A stretch of DNA of 64,000 bases from Chrysomallon squamiferum (lineage: Eukaryota; Animalia; Mollusca). Every line of letters starts with the position of its first letter. The stretch's first letter is position 1. Below the pieces are notes generated by a model. That model was not told where the DNA came from and searched no databases. It saw only the letters and a program-made list of their open reading frames with translations. Positions 1 through 41,519 of the stretch are shown in pieces. The stretch lies in contig CM022669.1 of the NCBI GenBank assembly GCA_012295275.1, forward strand, positions 14,198,001 to 14,262,000, written 5' to 3'. The translations under genes and the position numbers were made by a program.

Positions 1-114
1 ATACTTTTAAATTTAAAATATTTTCTTGTAATTCGCCATCATGATTACTGTTTCATCTGTAAGAAAAAGATCTGTGAGAAAGTCAAAAGGTACTGTGTGT
101 TGTTAAGTACAAAC

Positions 115-26911
<26,797 letters not shown>

Positions 26912-26959
26912 AATTACGAATTTTGGGGGGTTTTTTTTTTTTTTTTTTTTTTAATTTCT

Positions 26960-27300
26960 TTATGTCTATTTATCTACTTGTTCGACTTCGGACGGTTTAT
27001 TTACGCTGCTTTCGAACTGACGGTGACAGCTAATGTAACAACGACTTGCAGGCGGGGTAGCCTGTTTTCTAAAAATAGCCTCGAACTAATTCGTCATTGA
27101 CATGCCCAGGTATTGTGATCGAGTCTCTGAGGTCACTATCGCCGCACCAATTGGATCAGGCGGTTGTTGCTACGTATTGTCACCAAGCGCTATTTTCCGA
27201 CGAGATCGTGACGATGTTTGGAAACTTGATCGGCGGGTTGATTGTTGCGTTTCGATTGTTGCGTTTCGTTTTAGATTAAACTTTTTACCCGTCATCATAG
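26960..27300 (-). promoter_or_regulatory. Putative myosin promoter/5'UTR (locally CpG-rich)
   Basis: Many CpGs in CpG-poor surroundings just upstream of the ATG; Inr-like TCAGTT on minus strand (27015-27020), GC box GGCGGGG near 27050, palindromic CCAATTGG near 27147, tandem GATTGTTGCGTTTC x2 at about 27240-27267. Confidence 0.55.
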
Positions 27301-27817
27301 GTTTTGCTTCCTATTTGACTATATATGTCACTAGTTATTTATTTATGTATTTATTATTGTGATAGTCATGATGACAGTTATGACGAGAATGATGATGACG
27401 ATGATGAATCGTTGAAATATTAATAGGGTTATGAAATATAGGCCTATATGTATGTACCTCCTTATAAGATATTTCTTATTTTTATTTATTCTTGGATCAG
27501 GCTACTCATTCAATAAATTTTTCATTCACTCATTGTAAAGAACTTTATCCATTTTTGCATTAAATAATATGTGTTTTTGTTTTGTATTTTTTTTCCTCAT
27601 GGAATTACAACAGATAAAATTGCTAGGGACAACAACTGCTTTCTCAAATTTCATCAACAAATCCTCGATACATTGTTCTATTCTTTTCACAATATGAAAA
27701 TGAGCTGTATATTAATTAAATATAAATATTTCTTAACGTATAGGCAAATGAATGTACCCCATTAATTACTGTTCTAATTTAAACTGAGACAGTGATACTA
27801 AATAAATATGAAAACAA

Positions 27818-27821
<4 letters not shown>

Positions 27822-27867
<46 letters not shown>

Positions 27868-27871
27868 TGTG

Positions 27872-27897
<26 letters not shown>
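27822..27897. repeat. (GT)n microsatellite
   Basis: Directly visible. Confidence 0.95.
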
Positions 27898-27902
<5 letters not shown>

Positions 27903-28231
27903 TCATGTTATTGACTTCCCTTAGATTCCAACCTGTAGCATTTTATTTTAGACGAATTTTAAAACCCTAAAACCACGTTTCTTTCTTGTAAAATTTAAGT
28001 GTTGATTATCAGTGCAGTTATTTATTTACATGCATATTTTTCTTCTTTTATTTATTTTTAATCCCTTTTCCTCTTTTTTTCTTCTTAACGCTTTCCTTGC
28101 AAAAAGCAAACATTTTTATAACAGTTAACAGCAGAAAGCAGATTTACCCCAAGGCCTTAAAAAACTTCTTGTTACACAGCAAGAAGTGGACACACCCCTA
28201 GAGGCTCCCAAACATCTTATCAGCCCAGTAA

Positions 28232-28251
28232 GTGCTGCCATCTGTAGGGCA
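28232..28251. promoter_or_regulatory. CTCF-like motif between the two genes
   Basis: GTGCTGCCATCTGTAGGGCA resembles the reverse complement of the CTCF core; matched by eye. Confidence 0.4.
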
Positions 28252-29129
28252 GAAGTGCCATTACTGGTCTTGGTGATTTTTTTTTTTTTTTCAGGAGATA
28301 TTTTTAATTCTGCAGTGAAAGTGTTATTAAATGCTAATGCTGTAACATTTTTCATGTCACACTGAAAATTAAAACCTGTTTTAAAGATAACTAAATCAAG
28401 ATTTTTGTTGGTTTTGTTATTATGAGTATTATTTATTTATTTATATTAAATATAGAACGTTTTATAAAAATGAAATAAATATTAAGAATTCTTCTTCTAA
28501 ATTATTTTTTAAATTTCTACCAGTGATTTGTTACTAGGGTTATGGAAATACAATGATGGCAAAATAATGTATTAAACTGAAAAATATCAGCATGTGGTCA
28601 AAAGTTAAAACTGTAATTATCAGACAACTGAAGAAAAAGCAGTATTAGTTGGAAAACCAGTTATCCTGCATTTTTGCATTTTTTTAATGTATGTTTAGAT
28701 TTTTTTTTTTTTTTTTTTTTAATTAAAAAAATTATTAAAATAATGTACATTGTAATATGTCTATGTCAGTCTGACTTTTCACTGGTGGTGAAGCTTGAAA
28801 CCTGGAGTACATGTGTATGTTTTCAAGATTAGATGAATGTTTATTTGTTTATTTATTTATTTATTACAGTAATAATAATAATAATAATAATAATAATATT
28901 CTTAGAAAATTAAAAAATAAATTTTTGTTGATATATTTTTATTGATTGTGTACTTATTTGTTTAAAAAATAATAATAAAACGATCGTGCCACAGACATCT
29001 GTGGGAGTTCTGCCATTTTTATTTCATAATCTTTATCAGTTTATGCTCTCTTCGACAGCAGAAATAATCTTCCAAGAAATGTCCAATTAATTTATGGATG
29101 TCACGTCCAAGTAGACATTATTCTCAACA

Positions 29130-29290
29130 GCTTGCAGGATCAACCCATTTTAATGTCCCCATTAATTGTTTCCCCATTCTACACATTCCCCAACTTTTCC
29201 CAATCTATGGGAAGGTGTGTAAGGAGGTTATCTTGCTGCTAAGTGAAAAAAGTAACCCACATTGCATGATGGAAGCAGTTTTTATCTACA
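29130..29290 (+). mobile_element. Decayed interspersed repeat (SINE-like) fragment
   Basis: Shares spaced motifs with 17795-17890. Confidence 0.45.
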
Positions 29291-29349
29291 TTTTCTAGAA
29301 AAAAAGTATATATATATATATATATGTATATATCACACAATCAAACTTT

Positions 29350-29412
29350 CACAGATACGACATACACGAGCAGTAAAACAAAGACATTTTGTTTAATATT
29401 TTAGTTTTTATT
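29350..29412 (-). terminator. Candidate distal poly(A) site of DMXL
   Basis: AATAAA on minus strand at 29407-29412 followed about 20 nt later by a GU-rich tract (TGTCTTTGTTTTACTGCTCGTGTATGTCGT). Confidence 0.35.
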
Positions 29413-29905
29413 GCAATGGTTTTCTTATGATGGAAAACATTACATGAGAAACCCAGGCTACAAATAAATCTCTAACTATCCTTAAAATGTGTATAACTGA
29501 CAAATTCTCTCCTTTTATCTCTGCAACAGAGTTCTGTCTCACATACCATAATATGCTTAAGAATCATTTGTTAAAACTGATCTAAATTAATGCTAAATTA
29601 TAAACATGGAGGAGCTATCCATACAAAACAGATAACCAGATGGTCAGACATCTTGGGTGCCATTTGTTAAAAAGAAAAAGAAAATTATATGAGCTATAAA
29701 TTTTGCTAAGGACATTACATCATCTAAGGGCTGGCTTATCTAGGATGACTGGAAACCTTGGACTGGTTCTGTATAAAGGATTTTTTTTTTTTTTTTTTTT
29801 ATAGAGTTGTTATGGGTTTTTTTTTAATGGTTTTTATAAAGAATAGTTTTAATAAAAATTAAGAATATTTTGAAAACACTGAATGACATTCACTGCTGCT
29901 AAAAA

Positions 29906-29944
<39 letters not shown>

Positions 29945-30183
29945 CATAAAAAAAAATCTTATTGTGAAAAATAGTAATAATAAGAGAAGGAATAAAAATT
30001 TGACAGTAAGCATTTGAAAACCCAAGGACAATTTATCTGTTATCAGCTGGGAGTAATTTGCAATAGTGCAGAGGTGGTTGGTTACAGAATTATTTGATTG
30101 TTCATGGCTGTTATGTTTTGCTCACAAAATATATATAGACATTTAAAAAAAAAAAAAAATTCTTTCAAATTCAGAGATGAAAA

Positions 30184-30222
<39 letters not shown>

Positions 30223-31626
30223 CAAAGATTTATCAGTTTATGTAGAATAAACGAGTAAATATAATAATTATTTTTGCATAAATATAAACTATCATATGAA
30301 ACTTAACTTCAAAAATCTTGTTATTCATAATGGTTCAAACAAAAAGCTGGACTGCTTAAAAATAACAAATATAATCCACATAAAAAGGAAACAAATCCAG
30401 ATCCTTTAACTTCAAAAACAGAATATATACACCCAAACAGAAAGAATATGAAATATATATTTACCATAGAGCAATACACTGGAATGACTCTAGCTTTGTA
30501 TATGCAGACACAAATATCTAAGAAATATATGAAAGAGTTCTCTAAACTTTTAAAAATTACAGTATATATTTCCTAAACAGAAAATTAAATCCTTCTTGTT
30601 TGATATGAAAATTGCTCAAACCAGATATATCTGACAAAATTTAAATTAATTCTTAAAAACTTTTATTAAAAAAAGAAGAAAAGAAAAAAAAAAAACAAAT
30701 GCAATAAATTTTGTTATAATTAATTTTGAAAAAGAAAATTTAATTTATATTTTTTTATTTTGTTTTTAATTTTTTAATTTTTTTTTTTTTACACTGAAAG
30801 AATAACTAAAAAGTTAAGGAACCCTCCAAAATGATTTTCTGTTTAGTTATTTTAATATTAGTATATTTTGAAAATAGTATTCATGAAAAAATAAAAAACC
30901 TGCTCTGAATGTAAACATTAGTATTATAAAAAAAAAAAGAAAAAACAAAAGAAGGAAAATAAAAAAAATACCATTATTAGATTAATTATAAACATATTAA
31001 AATCTTATGAAAATGTACACTCTTTCACAAATATTGAAATATTTAACAACATGATTAAAACGTTTATTTTAAAACAGTGAACAATATATATTCTAATTTA
31101 ATACAAACCGAAACTAGTTTAAATACAGGAACAATGTTAGAAATTCATGATCTGCTTATATAACTTTGAATTTATTTATATTACTATTAATAAAGAACAG
31201 TATTGCACCCCTCCATTTAAACTAAACAACTACACTATGGAATACCACTATTACATTATATACATCATAAACATCACATATATATACTCTCTTAGTATGT
31301 GACCGTGTTAATTTCTTCTGCTAAACTCATTTGAATAAAACATTTTTAGTATACATAAATATACAAAAAAATTAATATCACAGATTAATATTAATAATAC
31401 AACCAGAACAGATAAAGTATACACACTTCTGTAACCGTATCAACGAAGTTTAGTAAATAATATCACGTAAAGAGGTGAATGCACGACATGTTTGTTATCA
31501 CACAAAAAAAAAAAAAAAAAAAAAAAAAAAAGAATATTTTAGACAACAATGTAATCTAGACATTGGATGTCATACAAAACAACATGTATTTTACACAATG
31601 TGTACTAAATTTAGGTATTGTACAAG

Positions 31627-31658
<32 letters not shown>

Positions 31659-31711
31659 GTATCTACCTTTAGTGGTTAATAACACCAAGTAAAAAATAAA
31701 GTTTTAAAAGA

Positions 31712-31713
<2 letters not shown>

Positions 31714-31783
<70 letters not shown>
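31714..31783. repeat. (CT)n(CA)n microsatellite
   Basis: Directly visible. Confidence 0.95.
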
Positions 31784-31784
<1 letters not shown>

Positions 31785-34700
31785 TCCACAGTTTCTAAAA
31801 AAGAAAAAAACATATATCCACAGAACAATGTATTTCATGTATTTTAAAATGAATTTTATAAACTCTGACTTTCTCAAACACTTATTTTTATCTCTAACTA
31901 TAGCTTTAAATATTTAAAAACTTACATCACTGCAAAAAATTTGTCACTGCAATAACATTTACTATAATCATATTTTTTACAATGACAGCTTTAGTTATAT
32001 ATTAATATTTGTCACAACAATAATAGCTTTACCTAAATCCATGTTACAAAAACAGCTTTATATTCATGTCACTAAAAAAAACAACACCTTTATTTATATT
32101 CATTTGTCACCAAAATAACCGTATCTGTATCAATAATAGTCACAATAATAACTTTAGCTATGTCTCTATTCATTACAGTAACAGCTTTATCTATATTAAT
32201 ATTCAACCCAATATTAGTTTTATCTGTATCAGTCACAGAAACAGCTTTAACAATATTTATATGCATCACAATAATAGTTTTATTTAAGCACTTGTCTATT
32301 AAAGCTAAGTTTTTACACTATCCCTTTTACAACACAGCAATATTTTGGTGAAGTTGAAGAAAACACCAGTGATGCTATTTCTGAATGACATTACAGTTAT
32401 TTCGCAATCGTTTCATAACAATTTACATGTTTGTAACAGCTGATAACATCAGTGGTATTTGTTATTATTCCATTATGACCATTCCATGCATGATAAAATA
32501 ATCTGAATACAGATAAATATAACTTGTGCTTTTTTTAGCTTCTTTTCACTATTAATTATCATGAATCAGACAGTGAAAATTTTATGCATATTATCACAAA
32601 AATATAATTTGTAGCAGTTTTTAATCTTATTTCAGTCAGTTGTGAATTAGACACTCAAAATTTTATGAAGGTTTTTGTCAAAAAACAACAACAAAAAAAC
32701 ATAAAAATAAAACTAAATTTTAAGCTATATCTATATTTAACTGGTTTCTAAAAATAATTTCTTACTGTTATAAAATTACAGGTTTTATTCTGTATTGAAG
32801 TGAAAATTTTAAAAAATTTTAAATTTTTACTTAAGTCTTTACTTATTTAAATTGTTTAATGAATCATGTACCTAGATGTTTTCTTGATGAACATAATTAA
32901 CAATCATTTTAACAAAAAATATTTATTTTTAATTTGAATATACATGTGTGTGTGTGTGTGTGTGTGTGTGAAATATAGTAAATTTTAAATTTTGTGTCTA
33001 TACATTTTTTTGTTTTAGTTCTTGGGAAAATGTCGAAGATGTGAAGAAAAAATTCTCAGATTAAGTATAAAGATAAACAAAACATAGTTTTTTTATATGT
33101 AAATAAAAAAAAATAATTAAAAAGTTAGATTTTAACTTCTGTACACTTTATTATTGAATTACAACTACAAAACCCGATCTTTCTAAGAATTATATTCTGA
33201 TTACAATGTTATCATGAACAGGTTTTTAAAAAATAGCTAACAAACAAACACACACACACACACACACACACACAACCCACACTCAAAAACAATGTTTTTC
33301 TTTCAGTTTCATTTAATACATACATTTTATGTTGTAATTTTTAAAAATATTTTGTTATTAAAAAGTTTTACTTTTCAAAATAACACGAAAATAAATTTTT
33401 AATAAGTTCCTTCACAAATGTTAATATCAGCAAACAATCATGTTAATCAGTTTAACATAATATAGAGTATATTAAAAATTTCTAATAAAAAGTATTTAAT
33501 AGGTAAATAATTGATTATGCTGGTCATATTCTACAATCTGAACAATGGTTTGTGTTATTTTTGAAAATAGGTTCAGTAAAACAGAATAGCTCATTAATAT
33601 TTATATATATATATATATATATAAAAAATAATAATAATAAATAAATAAATAAAAAACTTTAAGACATATTTAATTTCAACATCCAAGTAAATCATTTTTA
33701 GTTCTTGATTTTTTGCTTTTTTCAGATTTAGTTAAACTGTAATCCAAATGATTTAAAGCTGAGTTAGAGAAAATTGTTCTGTAGCACACCCACAATTAGC
33801 AGAAAATAAAAGTATTATAAACAATATTTCTTAAAATTCTATATTCAAAATATAAGGTATTCTTATAAAATATTAATTTTCAAAAATAAACAGCCATGGA
33901 AACATAATTTATTTTGTAATTATCAGTATTTATTTACTATATAGTATTCACTGAACCAATTACTGACATAATTATTTGTATACAAGTTAATTTCTGAACA
34001 TAAAAATGAATGTCTGATGGCATGATGAATTTTTTAAAAGATTAAGCACAGAACATTTAATGAGAAACAGATAAAAATGGATGGAAAAAAAATCAAAAAA
34101 GGAAAAATAGAAATCATATTCATGAGATGGTTAGATTTGTACAAAACCTGTGTTCTTTTGGCTCAATGCATAATGATCATAGTGTATAAAAGCATTTCAA
34201 GTGTAAATCTATTTAGAATTTCTTCAGTAGTAATTAAACAGTACATATTTGTTATAACAGGATTTAGAAGATAAATTCTAATTATTTTATTTAAATTAGC
34301 AAAAAAAAAAAAAAAAATAGGTTCTATGTTGTACATTAAAGTTACTATGAGGTGTTTTCAATAACATAACATTTTCACATCAACTTTTGGCTTGAGTTTC
34401 ACCAACAATGTAAAAATGTCCTAAAACATAGTAACTCGTATCATACTTACAGAGGGTCCAGTTTTAACCTTTCAACAATAATAACAAGATCTTCTTCTAA
34501 AGACAGGTCTCAAATTCATTTGATTTTAAAATTAATGTACAAAGGAAGAGTTGCGTCCCTTTATGTTTCCATTGTTTTCCCACTGTATATGTATGAAAAA
34601 TACTTTTTTTAAAAATTTGGAATGTCCTGATGTATTATTATTGTTGTTGTTATGGAGATAATATTCCTGAAGATCTAAAGAAGACAGTTTTCTTTATTTT

Positions 34701-35847
34701 CCAACACACAAATTATTTACAGAACTCACCGGACTAATTCAAGGTCAATAATTATAGTAGCCTGGTATTTGCAGTGATGTTAAAATCTGTTATAAGTTTG
34801 GTTTACTATTTCTGCCAATCACACCTGTTAAGACTGATGAAATATGTAATCACTCCTTTTCTAATATATCTGTATACTTAATAAGTTTAACTATTTTGTG
34901 CTTCATCGACGACTCTTCACCTTGTCCAAGACTTCCATCATATTGTGCTGTTAAAAACATCTGCCTTCATGACAGAGAAAATGATAATTTAGCACAATAC
35001 AACACCAATTAAAATCTGTCTCATCACAAACATCTCCATTTTGTAGAAGAGTTGTTAACATTGTGGTTAGTAATGAGTCCCAGAATAAATACAACACACA
35101 CACACTCCCAAAGGAGTTATATTAGTTCTTTCACATGGAGTTGTAACAGCTTTTCTTTCAAAGAAGTTTTAACAGATCTTCCTCAAAGAAACACGCTTCC
35201 TGAAGGAGTTATACCATTTCTTCTTAAAGGAGTGGTAACGGTTCTTTCAAAAGAGTTTGAACTGTTCTTCCCTCAGATGTTAAAACAGTTCTTTGCAAAG
35301 GAGTTATGACAGTTCTTTCCAAAAGGAGTTACAACAGGTTTATCCATGAGAAAAATATTTTAGTTCCAACGCCATCAGAGTCATCTTAATTTGGTTAAAC
35401 AAGAACAATCTATAAAGTGATAAATGATCAATAAAATTGCGTCCAAAAAAAAAAAAAAAAAAACACTCACAAGTATATCCCGAATGTACAAAGGTTTTTT
35501 TTTTCCCACTCTCTGTTGATGAGTATTTTTACACCCAATGTACATGAAGATTTCAACGAACATGAAGTTTATGACAAAGTCTAAAACAGCCACCCACAAC
35601 TCAACAGATATTTTCCCCATGCTAAACTGAAAAAAAATATAAATAAATCTCACAGACACTGTCTTATTAAAAAAAAAAAAAAAAAAAAAAAGCCACCAAC
35701 ATTTACAACATTCAGTTACAAGCACGTCAACATCATCATCATCATCTCTGTTTCTTGGCCTGCACAGCAGATGGTATTGAAAAGTGGTTTTTTAAAAATC
35801 TCGAGACAAATTACTGTTGTTTTTTTGTTTTGTTTTTCTGAAGTCTA

Positions 35848-36057
35848 TCACGACTGCCACTGTCGAACGATCAAGTCTTTTTCTGGCAGCTGGCGAAACT
35901 TCATGGACCCGTCGCCGCCACAAGAGAACAGCTGATGGTTTGCACTGACAGACACCTGGGTGACGCCAGACGACGAACCGACATTTTTGAAGAACGTGCT
36001 CTTGCTGTGTTCACCGGGAAACGAGAAGAGAAGCTGGTGGACGTCTAATCCCCAAAC
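35848..36057 (-). CDS. DMXL terminal coding exon
   Basis: VWGLDVHQLL...LFSCGGDGSMKFRQLP...WQS then TGA TAG. Confidence 0.94.
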   Translation of the reverse strand, partial: VWGLDVHQLLFSFPGEHSKSTFFKNVGSSSGVTQVSVSANHQLFSCGGDGSMKFRQLPEKDLIVRQWQS

Positions 36058-37306
36058 CTGACGCAGAAAATAGAAAAGCAGAATAGAAAGGAGTATCTTT
36101 TACAAAAACAGAAAATATATACATTATAATTTATACATAGACATATATATATATATATATAAAAACAAAAACAAACAAACAAAAAAAAAAAAAAATAATA
36201 ATAAAGAAAAAACCTAATTGTTTAGCAAATTAAGAACATTTTCCTTAATAAGAACACATAAACATAAAGAAAAAACCCAACACCTCTCCCATAATAAAAT
36301 GGAAAAAAAAAAAAAAAGTAGAATAATAAAACCAAAATAATTATTACAAGCCAAAAAAAAAAAAAAAAAAAAAAAATTTCTCTCTTATATTTTAGAGCCC
36401 TTGGGAAATATCAAACTAAAGAAGAAAAAATGCTCAAATTATGTACAGTTTTAGAAAATATTTGGTATGTCCATAATGATGACAGACGTTACCTTTATAT
36501 CTCCCTCTGCTGACCCAGACACAAAGTAGTCCTCTTCCGGGTCAATAGCCAGACATTTGATTGGTCCATCGTGCGCCTGGAAATGATGCCTAAGTTGTCG
36601 CTGTCGCATATCAAACAAACCTTTCCACAGGTTAAAGAATTTTTACACCACGATTGACAGAAATGTAATTAATATCAGTTTCCGACACTGAAAGATGTCT
36701 CAGTCAGAATGAGTACTGACAACGAAACAAATCTAAATGAGACTGAAATCTGACAATGAAAGCAATTTAAATAAGTCTTGATATTCAAAATATTTTAAAT
36801 TGGACTTATCTCTTGACACTGAATTCTGACAAAGAATGTAATTTTCAATAAGACTAATGGGAAGGAATTGAAAGAATTTGAAGACACACACAGAATAAAA
36901 TATATAATAAACTGAAATCTGACATTGAAAAAATGTCAGTTATACTGAACTCTGACAACAAACAATGTCTAAATTTGATTAAAATTCTAACAAGAATAAA
37001 ATATATACTGAACTCTGCACAATGAACAAAATCTAAACTGTACTCAATTCGGACAATGAACAAAATCTTAATTATACTGAAATCTGACAATGAACAAAAT
37101 TAAGTTATACTGAATTCCAGTAAGGAACAAAGATTAGAATGATACAGAAGTTTGACAAGTGGTTAGTAAGTAGAAGTGAAAGGATACATATTTCTCCTTT
37201 TCTCCCAGCACTGATGAGTATTTGGTGATGAGGTGCATACACTAGAGCAGGACTTCCATGTTCATGACAGGTAAAAGCTAAAATAATAATAATAATAGTA
37301 ATAGTA

Positions 37307-37341
<35 letters not shown>

Positions 37342-38324
37342 CATAATAATAATAGTTACAGTAATACTAATAAAATAGTAGTAGTAGTAGTAGTAATGAT
37401 GATGATGATGACAATAATAATAATAATAGTAATAATAATAATAATAATAGTAGTAGTAGTAGTAGAAGTACTAGTAGTAGTAATAGTAGTAATAGTAGTA
37501 GTAGTAGTAGTAGTAGTAATAGTAGTAATGATGATGATGATGACAATAATAATAATAATAATAATAGTAATAATAATAATAATAGTTACAGTAATACTAA
37601 TAAAATAATAGTAGTAATAGTAGTAGTAGTAATAGTAGTAGTAGTAGTAGTAATAGTAGTAGTAGTAGTAGTAATAGTAGTAATAGTAATAGTTATAGTA
37701 ATGATGATGATGACAATAATAATAATAATAATAGTAATAATAATAATAGTAGTAGTAGTAGTAGTAGTAATAGTAATAGTTATAGTAATGATGATGATGA
37801 TAATAATAATAATACACCAATAACAATGGCAATAATAATAACAATAATGATGATGATAATAATAATAATAGTAATAGTAACAACAATAATAATAATAATT
37901 TTAAAAATCATTGGTAATAACAGATTAAATATATGACAATAAATTGATGACTAACAAACATTATTACCCACAACTACTGAGAAAACGTAACAAGTATCTC
38001 TTCAAGAATGAATACTGCTATGTAAATGAATGTCTCTCATTTTTAAAAATCGCAAACTGTAAATGGTTAATGATGTGACAATACTATATCTGTGACATAT
38101 TGCTGGTTTCACAGTGTGTGTGTGTGTGTGTGTGAGACGAGTGTTTACCGTGAACTAAAGAACTTCTCTGTGGCAGCAATGTGTCCCACAGGCAGACATT
38201 TTTGTTTTCAGACGAGTGTCCAGCCGTACCAATCAGACTTGACGATCCCACAAACGTGAAGTCACTGGTTGTCTTGTTGTGACAGTTCAGGCTCTGAATA
38301 AATATCAATATATTTATAAAATCT

Positions 38325-38371
<47 letters not shown>

Positions 38372-41300
38372 ACTTGTGTATGTCATGTATTTATATATAT
38401 GTATATGTGAGTATATATATATATATATTCACATACACATACATACACAAGACGTATGTGTGTGTATTTCTATGTATCAGTTACACACACAAACAAGCAC
38501 AAATACTCAAACATATTTTCCTTATCAGCTACACTTGTTAAACAACATACTGCAAACAAAACTGCAATCTCAAACATTTTAAATAACAAAAAAAAACAAT
38601 TTTTTAAAATTTAAATCTTCTAATTTCAGCATACATTAATAAAAAAAAAACATGTAAAGTATAATTCAAATGATTAGAACATGCCATTAAAACATTATAA
38701 TAAATAAAAAAATATATAAATAACTAAGCCAGTGTAAAATGCTGTACTGAATATTGAGCTGCAATGAATGAGGGTGTGATTTTATTACCATGATGGGTTT
38801 GTTGAAGTTGCTCCCAAGTCCTACTTGCCAGAGGCAGATTCCTCCTTCAATGTCACTAACACAACTCTGAATTGAAAAGAGCAAATAATTCATTAAAACA
38901 CACTATTTTAATATCACCATCTGATATACAGAACAACAAGTTCATATAATTAATCAACTTAATATGCTTTTTGTAAAAAATTAGTTTAATAAACAACACA
39001 CAACATGTTCAGACATAATATTTTAATATCGCTAAGTGAAATAAAGAATAAAGATAAATTATATAATGAATGAATAATCGTTTTTAATTTTTGTTTTTAA
39101 ATTATTAATTTAATAAACAACATAAAATCCATTAAAACACAATATTTTAAAGATGACTAACTGAAAAACTGAATAAATAAAGTTTATATAACTTATTATT
39201 TTTATTATTTTTTTAATTAGTTTAATAAACATACTACCCATTAAAACACAATATTTCAGTATCACTAACCGAAATTATTGAATAGTTTATATAATTAATG
39301 AACTCATATTTTTGTTTTTCTAATTATTTCTTTAGAAAAACATTTCAACATCAGAAACTTATAACAATTTTTTAGCTTAATAAAGTGAACTCTGAGTTAA
39401 GCATTTTGAAAATGTTTATTTACTGTATGCAGACGTATAATTGTGCCATGTGTGTGTGCAGATGAATATGTGTTTTATCTCTGTGTGCATGTGTTTATGT
39501 GCCTCTCTGTGTGTGTGTGTGTGCATATTATATCTGTGTAGATCACTCTGTATAATATGTGTGTGTATGTTATATCTGTGTAGATCACTCTGTATAATAT
39601 GTGTGTGTATGTATGTCTGTGTGCCTATGCATGTTTGAATGTATGTGTGTGTGTGTGTGCATGCACACAGATGTATGCATATGCATGTTGTGTTCTTATG
39701 CATGTTTTTTTTTTCAACCCATCTGATGCCAGTCCAGGAATCTATAATGAAATTCAGCAGTCAGTCATTACCTTGTTGCCCTGTGCGTTGAACAGAACCT
39801 TTGTGACTTTGGGGAATGTTCCTGGCTGTCGCAGCATGGTGAGGGGCTGGGCGTGTCCCCACTCCCACAGTCGAACACTCCCATCAGCACAGCCCGTCAA
39901 ATCTGTGAGGTAGGCACAACACAAAACAAACTATTTAATTAAGTAGATAAACCTCGTGTTCTAGTGAATAAGAAAACGTTTGTAGATAATATTTTGTACT
40001 AAGTCAAATTCACCGTTCATCAGAGCTTATAAAAAGAAGATAACTTTTATTTATTTATTCATTTATTTAATTTTTTTTTTTTTTTTTTTTTGAAAAGAAA
40101 AGAACTAGTGATTTGGATAAGTAAATAAACACAAAAATGTTGATGATGTTGTAGGAGATTACATCAGAGAAAAAAAAATTAATGGTTCAAATTTTGTAAA
40201 AATTATCTATTGTCAAACCTTATTTAAAAAAAAAATTAAAAATAATAAACCCAGAGGTCAAGTGATTTAAGTATGTAAATAAATCTTATACCATTGATAT
40301 TGTAGTGAAGTGATTAAGCTCAGTTTGTGTAAATTATTAATATATAATACTATGTACAGTGAAAAGTTACCTTTTGCAATAATAATTAAATGAAAAAACT
40401 CTTTAAAAATGCTGTTGACCTATTACAAACTAATTCAGTGTATTATTAATCAGTTTATTTTTTGAACGATGTCAAAACATGCAATTCTTAGAAATAACAA
40501 GCAAGAAATAAAAATAACCGACTGTAAGATCAGGTAATTGTAATAAAGCCTCTAATTTTTTCTAAATTTGTTAAGTTTCTCTTATTTGTGTATTCACTAA
40601 AACAACAAATAAATAAATAAATAAATAAATAACTACATACAGTGTGGAAGATGAGGGTGTGAGCCTATACGTCGGACTCCTGCAACTTGTCGTCGAATGA
40701 TCTAAAACCAAAAACAAGAACACATTTAGAAAGAATCAAACCCATTTCACAATTTATTGTTACTAACTAACAAACACAATAAAACCTAGCTAGGCACACA
40801 ATAAATTCAAAATACTGTGAAGTTATTTCAGTAAAAGATGATTAGACAATCTGAAAGAAAAATGATTTTTAAAACTTTTTATTTCGCTTTAATATTTAAT
40901 TAAAATTAGTCAAACTAGTCACTAATATCAAATTATTAAACAGTGTACTAGTAATAGTATCTCAATTCATTAATATTTTTGATATTCAAAAATTAATATT
41001 TAATCTTCTGGAAAATAAAATGCCTCAATATTAAATTTAAAATTAAATTAAAATAATAATTTAAAATAATACCGTAAAAAAGAGTTATATTTAAGTTTAT
41101 AATACATTATACGCTAATATTTTAACCTATATTAATTAACTGGGTTAAAAGTTCATTTCAGTTTAATTACATAAAGTCTGTGATATATTAAAACTATCCA
41201 TTACTCTGAAATAATATTATACATGCATGTGAGCTACTATGGCCTATAAAAGAGACTAATATTAATACAGAAACAGAAACAGAAAGAAACACAGGAGTGA

Positions 41301-41471
41301 AAGACAGAAAGAGAGATATGGAGATACAGAGGTCACAAGAGAGAGAGAAAGAGAGAGAGAGAGAGGGAAACTGCTCTACACATTTCTCTCTAGATTACAG
41401 CTAACTAAAATATAAGTAAAAGGCTAACTATAAAGGTTAATAAGTGATGTATTTCTTAAATTGATTATAAC

Positions 41472-41519
<48 letters not shown>

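Noticed and set aside
1-60. Possible further myosin exon after TTTTCTTACAG at 57
   Set aside because: In the required phase it gives only MKQ-stop after a 58-nt intron. I cannot distinguish this from read-through (VCT-stop) or an exon outside the window.
27300-35800. N-terminal kinase exons expected for a true myosin III
   Set aside because: No kinase motifs or credible exons were found in this interval.
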